From Macrostomum lignano (taxonomy: Eukaryota), in assembly GCA_002269645.1 (NCBI GenBank), contig NIVC01004896.1:1-32069 (forward strand): a DNA stretch of 32,069 nucleotides. The letters are read 5' to 3'. A model generated the notes under the pieces. That model searched no databases. It saw only the letters and a list, made by a program, of their open reading frames with translations, and was not told where the DNA came from. Both the position numbers and the translations under genes were made by a program. Below, in pieces: positions 1-11,639 of this stretch; positions within the stretch are counted from its first letter, which is position 1, and every line of letters begins with the position of its first letter.

Positions 1-21
1 GAGAAAACAAAATACACTTAC

Positions 22-2448
22 TTGCACTCGGCACAGATCGGAGTTCAACAAAGAGTTAAACAGCTTCGATTTGCCAACATTGGTACAGCCGAGCAGATAG
101 AAATCCCGTCTGTTATTGTCGCCAATCTGTTGAATCAGATAGCTAACCAGGCGCTCAACATTGTAGCCGGTTTTGGCGCCTAAACCAGCATCACTTTAGC
201 TACATCCGATAGGCCTGCCTGACGGCAGTAGGATCGAATCGGCTGCCCAGCGTTTCTCGAATACGGCCGCGTCACGGCAGAGCAAATCCACTTTGTTGCC
301 AACCACTATTAGCTGCCTGTCTGCGCCTGGAGGGGTAGCGGGTATTTAGCGGGTGGACAGGTAGAGAAGTAGATACAAAGGGGGGAATTATATGAGTAAA
401 CACAGAGAAGGGGAATTAGATGAATAGATACAAAGGAGGAAGAATTAGATGAGTAGATACAGAATCCGGGAAATCAGATGAGTAGATACAGAATAGGGGG
501 AATTAGATGAGCAGATACAGAATCGGGAGAATTAGATGAGTAGTTACAGAGGGAATTGGATATAAGTAGATACAGAATCGGAGGAATTAGATGAGCAGAT
601 ACAGGGAGGGGAATTAGATGAGTAGATACAGGGAGGGGAATTAGATGAGTAGATACAGAATCGGGGAATTAGATGAGAATTAGATGAGTAAATACAGAAT
701 CGGGGAATTAGATGAGTAGATACAGAATCGGGGGAATTAGATGAGTAGATACAGAATCGAGGAATTAGATGAGAATTAGGTGAGTAGATACAGAATCGGG
801 GAATTAGATGAGATATTAGATGAGTAGATACAGAATCGAGGAATTAGATGGGAATTAGATGAGTAGATACAGAGGAAGTAAGTAAAATTTCTGTACCCGA
901 AAGCAAAACATCAGTTATATAAAATAAACTCTCACTAATAAGCTTTCCCAGCTCAGGCACAATAGTCATCGGCAATCTGGTCAAATCTACAATATGAATC
1001 AATAGCGACTTGTTCGATTTTTAACAGCCTCAAGCACGACTGGCCATTGATCTTTGCTGACGCTGGCTTCTAAAGCTTCGTCGTGTTTGCGCATCAGGTG
1101 ACAACGAAGGCACAGTAGGCTGCTCAACGCGTACCGGCACAGACGCAGTGGTGGCAGCGGACGAACCGAGTCCCGCTGCTGATTGGCCAGCCGAGGCCAG
1201 GGCGGCCGTGAGAGTCTCCGCTGGCACAAAGCCGGCGAAGGCGATGTTGGCGCATTGTAGAGGAGCGCCGCAGCCGTGGCAGGGGTAGCGGGTGACTGGC
1301 ACCTGTTTGGGGAGGCATTGGGGAAGGCCGTTGTGAGACAAACTGTTGTTTGTACTGTTTAGATAGGCCCAGCAACTGAGGATCTGGGAGGCTGGCCCAG
1401 CAACTGAGGATCTGGGAGGCTGGCCCAGCAACTGGAAATCTGGGAGGCTGGCCCAGCAACTGGAAATCTGGGAGGCTGGCCCAGCAACTGGAAATCTGGG
1501 AGGCTGGCCAGCAGCTGGAAATCTGGGAGGCTGGCCCAGCAGCTGGAAATCTGGGAGGCTGGCCCAGCAACTGGAAATCTGGGAGGCTGGCCCAGCAGCT
1601 GGAAATCTGGGAGGCTGGCCCAGCAGCTGGAAATCTGGGAGGCTGGCCCAGCAGCTGGAAATCTGGGAGGCTGGCCCAGCAGCTGGAAATCTGGGAGGCT
1701 GGCTCAGCAACTGGAAATCTGGGAGGCTGGCTCAGCAACTGGGGATCTGGGAGGCTGGCCCAGCAACACCGGATCACCCAGCACTGATAATTGAAGACTC
1801 GAGAGTGGGCATTTAGACAGGAAATATCTAAAAAACACTTTCATCCCCCCCAAAAAAAACTACCGCAGGATCCTCCGAGCCGTGCTTAGTGATTCGGCCG
1901 CTGCCTTTGGCAATGAGAGCGGACACCACAGGATCGGCGGCCTCGGCTTCGGCCATGACATCGGCTTCAAGCGAAGCCAAATCTGACCCGGTCTTGTCCA
2001 GCAAGTCTCGATATGATTCCACAGAGACGGCTGACTGAGACTGTTCCCGCTCAAGTTCAGCCGGCTCGTTCTCCAATTCTTTAGCAAATTCAGCCTGAGC
2101 AACTATAGATACCGGTCTCTTGCGCTGACTGTTAACCTTAGCAACATCGATGGGTTCCTTAGCAACGCTAAGCCCATTGGGGTCGAGGCCTACTATGCCG
2201 CGTTTAATACTGTACCGCCAGTCGCGCTGGGCCCGCGTGTAGCCAGGCAGGCTGTCTGGCGGCCGGCTCTTCGGTGTGGCATGACTTGGCCCGGTTTCGA
2301 AACCGCAACCGCGGCGACGGCGAGGAGTGCGGCGAGGCAACGGCGAGGAGGATGAGTCGGAGGAGGCACTAAGCGCGGCACTGCAACACCGAGGTGCGCT
2401 TGCAAGACGCTGTAAGCGTCTATTAATTGTCAACAATCCGGCTAGCAT
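22..2448 (-). CDS. NOA1: Nitric oxide-associated protein 1 (YqeH/NOA1 circularly permuted GTPase), 5' part. Exons 2448-1864, 1302-936, 326-22; the gene continues beyond the left edge and contains apparent frameshifts
   Basis: Manual translation gives an Arg/Ser/Ala-rich transit-peptide-like start (MLAGLLTINRRLQRLASAPR), a zinc finger CHGC...CLRC, and LIHIVDL. GTPase motifs follow in permuted order: G4 (LIVVGNKVDLL), G5 (AKTGYNVE), G1 (GCTNVGKS), then LFNSLL. This motif order is established for the YqeH/NOA1 family. Splice phases are consistent: gcg|GTAGTT..aaacAG|gtg (phase 0), att a|GTGAG..ctccAG|gc (phase 1), caa|GTAAGT at 21. Continuity needs frame changes at about 1120-1230, 1010, 238 and 182-185. 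Confidence 0.9.
365..875. repeat. Minisatellite filling NOA1 intron 2, ~28-29-bp unit GAATTAGATGAGTAGATACAGAATCGGG(G)
   Basis: About 17 imperfect copies read directly. Some have internal GAATTAGATGA sub-duplications, and copies degenerate toward position 365. Confidence 0.95.
1366..1767. repeat. Minisatellite filling NOA1 intron 1, 28-bp unit GGCCCAGCA(A/G)CTGGAAATCTGGGAGGCT
   Basis: About 14 near-identical copies. The 84-nt (3 x 28) period explains the repetitive ORFs 1030..1710 and 1124..1777. Confidence 0.97.
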
Positions 2449-3214
2449 GATTGGCAATGGAATCGAAAATAGTTAAAATGTTGCACAAGCTCGAAACTTT
2501 GGATTTCTAATTAACATAAGTAAACTGTTGCAAAGATTTTGTACGAGGGGTGTCCCCAGAAGTCGGTGCAATTTCTTCACTACAGCCTGTTCTGACCAAT
2601 TAGAAATATTTAGTCTGTTGCAGTTGAAAAGAGAGAATTATCTGCCCATTAAAATGACTTTTTTATTTCTGTATCTGCTGGCATTCTAAAGGTATTAAAC
2701 TTTACTGCCCCAACCCCCTGCACTACTTCTACAAAATTGCCATAGAGCAAAGCTTATGTGTTATTCAAGCACTATGGATTTATAATTTGATTCCAATACT
2801 TAATAGTTTCACAAGATAGCTAATAGATTCTTTTTTCTAACCTTAATAATTAACTAGATATGTTTATAGATAGACTAGATTTCAAAGTAGAAAGAAATTT
2901 TATAATATAATTAAATAAATTATGAACTATCCACCAATATTGAGTTTAAAGAATCCAGGTATATATTTCAATACAATACAATAGATAAAAAGTAGAAAAA
3001 TACAATGGAATTCCTAAATAAGCTAGGCCTATTATTGTATTAGCAATTGTTAGTTACAGTAACTATGCAAATAGCATAGAAGTTTTTTATGGTTCATATA
3101 AAACAAATACTATCAAAATAAGATAATAATAAACTTGCAATGCAAATAGAAATGTGGAATCTACAATGGAATTAGAATAGAATCCATGATCCATATCATA
3201 CAATAGGGTCCATT

Positions 3215-3800
3215 AAAAATGTCTATAGACAAATTGCCTACCAAGATTTGTCTATCAAGATTTGCCTACTAAGCTTTTCCTGCCAAGATTTATTTAGTGT
3301 AATTTGCTTGTAAATAAATTGCCCATAAGCAAATTACCCATAAGCAAATTACCCATAAGCAAATTGCCCACAATGCTTTTTTTCTTTTAGCACATTTAGC
3401 CACAAGGTAGATTTTCTCTATATTGCCTCTATAATGCTTAATAAATTTAAAAAAATACTAAATCAAAATATTTTGATAGCCTAATAAACTGCATATCAGA
3501 TGCATATTTTTAAAGCAAAGGAGGTAATACAGATAGAATTTAGTTGCCAAATATGCTGTAGGAGAAAAGCATTGCAGGCAAACCTTGGTGAAAAAACTTG
3601 GTAGGCAATTTACTTATTGGCAATTCATTTGAAGGCAAATTGCACTATAGAAAAATCTTTGAAAGCAATTCTTGGCTAGCAAATCTCCATGGCTAAGCCA
3701 AGAAATTTGCTCATGGGCAAAATGCATTGTAAGCAAATCTTAGCAAGAACTTGGCAAACAAATCTCTAATGGGTAATTCTCTTGCAGGCTCATTTCATAG
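3215..3800. mobile_element. Decayed non-autonomous DNA-transposon/foldback relic built from ~15-bp periodic motifs
   Basis: A perfect 15-bp inverted pair lies at 3231-3245 (AAATTGCCTACCAAG) and 3597-3611 (CTTGGTAGGCAATTT). Tandem GCAAATT(A/G)CCCATAA copies occur at ~3320-3370, with many degenerate GCAAAT/GCAATT motifs. Termini and TSD are not resolved. Confidence 0.5.
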
Positions 3801-5645
3801 AAGATGGACATATTTGGAAAATAGAAAAAAGTCAATATTTTTGCTTGCCATTGCCTTATTAGCCTATTTTTTACCAAATGTTTTTTATGTGCAATATATA
3901 TAATCTAAGAATAAAGGAATGGTAAAATGTTGAATTAGTATGTTATTATCAATTTGGCGAAAAGTCAATTTTGTAAAAATTTAGACATTTTTTGAAGCAA
4001 AAAACATCATTAAGATTTTGTACCTTTTAAAAACAAATAGAAAGCTTTTGAAGGTTGAAACAAACTATAGATAAAAGCATAGTACTTGCATCATCAGATA
4101 AAAGCATTGGTGACCAAATAATCTATTATATTTTTTGTATTAGTACCTCAAAGTTACTGAATTGACAGAAAAAATATGTTACAACCATAATGTTACGACC
4201 ATAAGGCTGCCTTTTCTTTTGTATCTTTGTTGCCTTTTGAGTTTATATATTCTAATAAAAGAGTATGATTTCTAAATATGTTCTTAGTCAAATTTTAAAA
4301 ATGTATTGCAAAATATTAAAAATGAAAAATGTTATAAGACTTTTACCTTTTAGTTTCTATATGTCAAAAATTCTATCGTTACGACCATAAGTGTCATTTA
4401 AGGTTTAATAGCATCTATACTAATGATGATATCTATATGAAACTCTATAAAATATTCTAGACAAAATAATCTTTCATTTAAAATATTTGTTTAGTATATT
4501 CTATTATTTGATTTCATTTTATAAGTAAAAATAGCCTCTCATGTTACAACCATACTTATATGGAATGAGCCTGCAGACAATTCATTTGCAGCTTATAGGC
4601 ATTGATTTTTTGTGCTCTAAAATGGAATAGCATGGTAAAATGCAAACCTTACAGCATAGGCTAAAGTAAAAACAAAATGGTAAATTATAAAGAGATATAA
4701 TAGATACAATGAAAATAATCATATTCAAAATTGTCATATAATGCTAAAAACTTGAACAAGTCTATAAGTCTATATAGCGTATCTTAAAATTATAAAATTA
4801 TAGATGATAGATTGAGAGAAATTGAGAAATTATTAGATTGCCTCACTGCCCTTGCCTAAAAGATAAAAACTTGTTTAATTTGATTACTTTGTATTTGGTT
4901 ATAGATGATACTGAATACCAGTACTGGACTATTTATCTAACCAGCTATTTGTCTGTTAGTTTTCAGGCAGACAAATAGTCCAAATTGAAAAGTTAAAAAA
5001 ATTTCTAAATGGTACTACACTGAGATTGCTAAAACATGTCACTAAAGCATCTTGTCACCAATGTGTCTAAAAACCTATGTTGGTTACCATATCCACTATT
5101 TAGCACTAGTAGATGAATCGCGAATAGTCCATTGGCCATTTTCCTGTGGTAGACAAATAGTCCGACAGACAAATAGTCTTAGTTCTATATGATTTTGATG
5201 GTTTACTATGACAAATAAGCTTTAAGTTATAAATTGTTTTGTTGGCAAACAAAAATATTGCCAACATTGGCACAATGAGCTAAGGGTCACTAGTTAGATT
5301 GTCATAGTCATATTCCATTTTGTCATATCGGATGACAAAGTTACCAGAAGCAAAGTAGCTTAAAAAATAATATAACGAAGTGGCCAAATATTTAGTTATG
5401 CTGGATAGATACTTTGTCATCAACCAATCAATCTGTGTAGGATTCGAGTTTGTTTTTTTGTTTAATAAATAGGGCCTATAAGCTGTGGCAAGTAGAACTG
5501 ATCAATTGACAGGTTTTATCAATTGAGATAACAAAATGACTGGGATGATTAGGATCCCAAGATGAAGATATGTTTGATTGTTACATTAATTCACTTGAAG
5601 TTGGAACTAATATGATTAGTGGATGACAAAATGACTCTCTTTAAA

Positions 5646-7689
5646 TCTCTACATATAAAAATCAAAACTCCGTTGTGTATGTGTGTGTGTCTGTGTACAA
5701 ATTTGATCACTATGGACTCCCAAACCGCTCAACCAAATGACACCAAACTTTACACCTACCCTAAACTTACTATGGAGAATGTCTTAGGCTACCTTTAAAT
5801 TTCCTAGACTCAAGTCTTCCTACCTAAAAGTACAAAAAACTGCTCAAAATGTGCGATTTTTTCACTAAATCCTCTATAGCGCCACTCCACTTCTACCGAT
5901 TCTCTTCAAAATTGACACAGACAATTTTCAACTATTTTGACACAATTGTGTAAAATTTCAAGTCTCAAAGTTAATCCTGAAAGCCGCTGTGCACTTTTAA
6001 AGTTAGGCTGTTTTTTTCAGCGTAGCAACCACCCCAACCTCCACCCGCCTGCCTCTCTTTCCCAATCCCGATCTGGGCCCAGATGTGTAAAAGGGTTTCA
6101 AAATTGACTAACTTTCAGTTGCCATAAGTTTGCTCCATGTAAAGCGATTGACTCCCAACTTGACACAATTCTTCATTGACTCATTCTCTATCTAAATGTA
6201 AAGTTTCAACTCTGTAACTCAACCGAAATAGAAACTGTAAGCATGTGAAGTTTGTCTGCTTTTTCTGTTGTTTGTGCCACTCACTCACTCATTCCCCAGA
6301 GCCAGATGAAGGGTCAGGCGATAGGACTGAATGTACATAGCAAATGTACAGTGTTTTGGAATAACTTTATTTATAGCCTTCTCGCAATCTCGCACCCCGA
6401 GAGTGGAGAGGCTACGTTTAGCCATAACAGTTTAGTGAGAAATTCTAACCACTGCCCTCCGCTCTGTATTGGCAAACTCTGCAGCAGTTTAACAGTGGAT
6501 GGCAATTGGCAAATCGAGGCAATCCAGCATGGTTTGTAAAAGAGAAATATTTATGTGAAAAGGCGATGCGATGCAATGAAATACAACCCTACTAAATTAG
6601 GCATACCATGGAAATTTTAAGTTTCTCTTAAAAGTACGTTGAAATTTAAATGGCCTAAGAAATGCGTATTTCCTTGGTTGTTAGACCGATGAAGACTGCA
6701 GTGGAGCTGAAGATACACAAATTCCTTTCAGGGCTGCAAATTGGCAAGAAAGATGACGTGATCAAAGCATGAGAATAACGATGAGAGTAGTACGTCCCAC
6801 AAACTGGCTTTCGAAGCAGGGATTGACAGACTTTTACTTCAAAAGCCAGATAAAAAATCCAGCTTATGTGCGGGCCAGATGAGAGTGGAAAGGAGAAGGA
6901 ATAGACTATTAGAAGAGAGGAGAGGCGAGAGGGGGATATGAGAAAACATGGAAGATAAGAGGAGAGACAAGTGGTGAGGAGAGAGCAGAGAAGAAGGGAG
7001 GAAGAAGCGAGAGGAGGGGAGAAAGGAGGGAGAGGAAAGAGTAAAGGTGAGAAGAGGGGAGAGAAGAGACAGAGGATCAATGAGAGGAGAGTAAAGAAGA
7101 GTGAGAAGAGAGTAGAGATGAGAGAGCAGAAAGAAGATGACAGAGGTTCAAGAGGAGAGCAGAGAGTAGAAAGGATAGAGAAGAGAGGAGATAAGAGGAG
7201 ATAAGAGGGGAGAGAGGAGTGAGAAGAGAAGAGATAGAGATAATAGAGGGGTGTAAGAAGAGGGGAGAAAGGAGAGATGAGATTGTAGAGATGAGACAAA
7301 TGAAAGGAGAGATGAGAGAGTAAAGATGAGAGATGAAAAAGGTGAGAGGAGAGTGCAGAGAGACGAGAGAAGATAATAGAGGAGAGAGAGTATAGAAGAG
7401 GGAAGAGAAAAGAAGAGAGGAGTAAGGAAAGAGAGGAGTCAGAAGAGGTGAAAGAGAAGAGTACAGAGGAGATAAGTGAGAGAACGTATAAGAGAGTAAA
7501 GTTGACAGATGAGAGAGCAGAGATGAGAGTGAACAGACGAGAGATGGGAGAGTAGAGAGAACAGATGAGAGATAAGAGAGAAGAGATTACAGAGACTAGA
7601 GGAGAGAGGAGAGACAGGGAGAGAGAAGAGGAAATATGAGAAAGAAGAAGGGAGAGAGTAGAGAGGAGAAGAGAGATGGGAGAGGAGAG

Positions 7690-7768
<79 letters not shown>

Positions 7769-8586
7769 CAGAGCAGAGCAGAGAGAAATGACAAGAGATA
7801 AGAGAGAAAAGATAAAAGAAGAGAAAGGAGAGATAAAAACGCAGACAAGAGAGAAGAGAGGTGAGGGAAGAGACGAGTGATGAGGGGAGAGAGAAGAGAT
7901 AAACAAGAAAAGAGATAAGAGGAAAGAGAGAGAGGAAAGAGGTGAGAGAAGAGACGAGAGAAGAGGGGAGAGAGGAGAGAGAGAGGAAAGAGTAGAGAGG
8001 AGAGATGAGAGAGTAGAGAAGAGAGTTAAGAGAAGAGAGAAAAGAATAGAGAGGAGAAGGAAGAGACGAGAGAAGAGGGGGAGAGAGGAGAGAGAAAAGA
8101 GAAAACGAAAAAATAGAGAGGAGAGAGGAGAGGAGAGAGAAAAGAAGAGGGAAGAGATGAGATAACAGATATGAAAGAGAAGAGAGATGAGGGAAGATAT
8201 GAGAGAAGAGAGAAGAGAAGAGAGAGGAGAGAGGAGAGAGGAGAGACGAGGGACGAGAGAGAAGAGAGGAAACAGAAGAGACGATAGAAATTTTAAAGGA
8301 TCCAAGGGACGTAGGGAGAGTCAGGGAAAGGCCAGAGTTTGCCAATATATGTTTTAGAGTCGGACAGACATTGCCTGACATTCTTCGGAGTACCCCAGCC
8401 AACAATATCAATGTTTGCCTCAAACCCTAATTTTAAACAAATGTGCTCCATTTTATGTCTACCTCTATCCTACGAACTATTAACAAGTTTTTGTTTGTTT
8501 ATGGCCTTAGATTTCAGAATACATGCAAAAGTAGTTCTGGGGATTAGAATTCCCCGGGTTCAAAATCCGCGGGTTTCAACAGCTTG
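5646..8586 (+). mobile_element. Non-autonomous Helitron-like element, copy A (2.94 kb)
   Basis: It begins A|TCTCTACATATAAAAATC followed by a GT-rich microsatellite. It ends with a GC-rich imperfect hairpin (CCCCGGGTTCAAAATCCGCGGG) then AACAGCTTG|T. It sits at an A|T site with no TSD. Homology to copy B starts and stops at these termini. The 3' end is CTTG rather than canonical CTRR, and there is no RepHel ORF. Confidence 0.7.
6880..8290. repeat. GA-rich low-complexity polypurine tract inside Helitron-like copy A, including (AG)31 at 7693-7754
   Basis: The plus strand is almost exclusively G/A for ~1.4 kb. This produces the spurious Leu/Ser and Arg/Glu ORFs in the track. Confidence 0.97.
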
Positions 8587-9336
8587 TAGGCCTAGTGCAT
8601 AATAATCAAGATGACAAAGTGACCATGGTTAAAGTAAGCACCCTTGACACCTAGATGACAAAATGGCAAATGACAAAATAACTAGGAACCAAGCTAAGAT
8701 CTCTATGCAACCAATGCAATAGCAATTAAGCAACATATATATGTAAGCCTATTATAAGACAATTTTCAAGTTCCTTATTGTCTATAGTCAAACTGCCAAT
8801 GAACAGCAAAAACTTTACACACTATAATAGAGAGAAAACCATAATAGGATATTCCCAAATGGCTTTATTGGGTTCAGTACATTGACCCAACAATTCCTTC
8901 AAGTTTCAAATAAGGCTTATGAAGTCCCATCCCATGCATGGCGTGTGCCATGCCATGTAGCAATAGCATAGCCTTGCTATATTTTACTTCTAGTTATTTG
9001 TTATTTGTCAACTTGTTATAGATCACTGATGTCTTGATTTGACCATAGACCTTTTTTTCAAGTTGAAAAATGTTCAAATGTTCTAGCCATAAGCCATAGA
9101 CTAACATAGGCCTAGACCATAGATAGACATAGCCTAGGCCTAGTCATAAAATGATATCACTGTCAGCAATGCATGCATGCATGCAGCATGGTGTTTGTCC
9201 ATGGATATTTTTGCAATAATATTCAAGTTATACCAATTGCAAAAAAGAACTTGTACAACAGCTAGGGCCTACAGCTCAGATTCACATGAAAATCACAGAA
9301 AATAAAAAAATTAGGCCTATTACACACCAAATAACT

Positions 9337-9620
9337 GGACCTTTTCATATTGCTTGTTCAATGTTCTGGTTCCAGAACCAGAACCAATTGGTAAAGAATA
9401 ACTTTTTTCTCCATAACTAGAGGGAGATATGTGCTGTAAGTGTAAAGTTTTTATTTTTGAATGACAATTGCCAAGAACTTCAAGAAGAAAGTGAAAATTT
9501 GTGCTAAGTGAGGTTGTTGTTAAGGCAGTCAAATATTAACAGAGTTAAATAGTTATACTGCTGTTTTTCTTGGAATTCCGAACCGATTCTGGTTCTGGAA
9601 TTGGTTATATGAAAAGGCCC
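9337..9620. mobile_element. MITE, 284 bp, possibly PIF/Harbinger-like; a truncated second copy of its left ~90 bp lies at 9891-9980
   Basis: 14-bp TIR GGACCTTTTCATAT / ATATGAAAAGGCCC (13/14 match). Inner inverted repeat TTCCAGAACCAGAA / TTCTGGTTCTGGAA. ACT flanks both sides (9334-9336, 9621-9623), consistent with a 3-bp TSD. Confidence 0.55.
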
Positions 9621-10401
9621 ACTAGCTGTGTGAACCACAACCACCGGTCAACCAAACGAACAAGTTCGTGGTAAAATCTGCGCCGAATATACGCAAACGT
9701 CTACTGGCAAAATTTTAGCAAAGAGTTAATATTTCATTTAAGTAAATTTTATAGCTCTTTTAAAAAGCTATTCCTAACTACTTTGATTGTTAGTTCAGCC
9801 TTAAAGGCTTTGTTTATTGTTTAAAAATTTACTTTTGGCTAAATTTTAAATGAAATAATTTTACCTTGGCTTAAACTTAAATATTGAGCTAGGCTTTTCA
9901 TATTGCACTTGTTCTTATTATTCTAGAACCAGAAACACTTTGTAAAGTATAATTTTTTGTCTCCTTAACTAGAGGGATATACTTGCTATACTTGCGCAAG
10001 GATCTTAGCTCATGGCGGCAGCGTGTTCTTGTTTGCAAACAAATTAAAACGATTTATAACTTTAGGCTTATTCACACTTACCATCAAACGAGCCATCAAA
10101 ATATGCAGTCAAATACGTAAAGGAGTCAAATTAAACGAGCCTTTATAGGCCAGGGCAGTATAATCTCGATCATGCATGTACATTGTTGACCCTGTACAAT
10201 TTAGAAGTGTACATTGAGTTCTGTGATCTCACAATGATGTAAATGTGTAAATAGGCCTATTGCATGAATGAGATAGGCCTATATACTATGCATATGCTTA
10301 AACTGAATTTTGAGCACTCCTGCAACGCTTTTACTGCAGTTTAACTTTATATAAAAAACGGGGGCAAACTCTACTGGAGTGTTGATGAATCATGAACTGA
10401 T

Positions 10402-10656
10402 AAAGGCCGTGCAAAGCTCCTGCTATATATGCTACTCTAGCTGCTACACAAGGAGGCCAATGTTGCTGCTATGCAGGCAGAACTGGTACTACATGGCTCC
10501 AAAAGTCATGACCATCGTGCAAAATACGCCAAACTGCAGATGCGACTCAGTGAGCTGTGGAGATTGTACACAACTAGGCAGCTAAGCATCTGCAGATTCA
10601 TATATGCCTGCAGTCAGCTTCAGCCTAAAGGATTGCAATTAAGGATTGCAAGCTAG
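10402..10656 (+). pseudogene. Decayed C-terminal fragment of a Mutator-like (MULE) transposase
   Basis: One frame reads KGRAKLLLYMLL*LLHKEANVAAMQAELVLHGSKSHDHRAKYAKLQMRLSELWRLYTTRQLSICRFIYACSQL. This follows the pattern I recall for invertebrate MULE transposase C-termini (LY.L..LLH.EA...Q..LV......R.KY..LQ.RL..LW..Y....S....L.ACS.L). There is an in-frame TAG at 10438 (probably from CAG) and a TGA at 10393. No database search was possible. Confidence 0.55.
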
Positions 10657-11639
10657 CTTTTGCTTTGAATTTTTAATTTGTGACCTTTTTATTTACTAAA
10701 ACTGAAATATGAAATTAGCTTTTAATTTTGAACTAAATTTATTGCATCATTATGGCATCTAGGCCCTAGCCTTATAAAAATGTTAGCTAGGCCCTATAAT
10801 AACGTAGTTTATTTTTATCTTTGTGTTTTTTCTTAATTGGCCAATAATTGATACTTAGGCCCTATATCAACAAATATGAAATATAGGCCTTACGTTAAAC
10901 TCGCATTCTTTGCTAGGCCTATTCTCTTTGCATAAATTTGTTTTGATATTTGTCACCCTTTCTACTATTCTATTATTAAATTATAGTCTCAGTAATCAGG
11001 CAATCAGCAATAAGCATTAATTGGCATGCTTAGTATAAAAATTACAGGTGCATTCAAGGGATTTTTGCCTGAAAATAGGGAAATCCTAAATTAATACACC
11101 CTTGCCTTTGGCTAAAGTAATCATATTTAAATGTTTAAGTCTTCTAGATTTGTTGAAGTTGTCATCACTCATCATCATATGACGATTTTGAATATGACAA
11201 TTTCAACTGCACCCATAGTCATAGGCCTAGGCCTATCTTACTTTTGGAAAATTGGTCAACTAATAGAAACTAATAAAACTTTTCATATCTTAATGTTAAA
11301 TAATCAATGTTTTTTATAATTATATAATATTCAATATTTTGCTTAGGCCTAGGGTTATTTTTATTAGGCAACAAGCTGTTGAAACCCGCGGATTTTGAAC
11401 CCGGGGAATTCCAATCCCCAGAATTATTTTTGCATGTATTCTAAAATCTGAGGTCAAACTCAAATAAAAACTTGTTAATAGTTAGGATAGAGTTAAACAT
11501 AAAAAGTGTACATTCATGTATAATTAGGATTTGAGGCAAACATTGATATTGTTGGCTGGGGTGCTGCGCAGAATGTTAGGTAAACTCAGGCCTCTACCTC
11601 TGCCTTTCCCTATGTCCTTTGCATCCTTTGAAACTTCCA

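Noticed and set aside
331-1293. Identical 13-mer AGGGGTAGCGGGT at 331-343 (intron 2 acceptor tract) and 1281-1293 (start of exon 2)
   Set aside because: Several 13-mer matches are expected by chance in 32 kb, and there is no extension beyond the 13 bases.
1030-1777. Repetitive ORFs fused to NOA1 exon 2
   Set aside because: The 28-bp intronic minisatellite happens to lack stops. An acceptor at 1303 and homology continuity (GSEDPA|VPVTRYPCHGC) exclude it from the CDS.
2542-2575. TACGAGGGGTGTCC resembling a mariner TIR start
   Set aside because: I found no matching inverted end or transposase remnant in the window.
6655-8423. Long Leu/Ser-rich and Arg/Glu-rich ORFs (up to 397 aa)
   Set aside because: These are translations of the GA/CT low-complexity tract. 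They are open in several frames at once and contain no domain.
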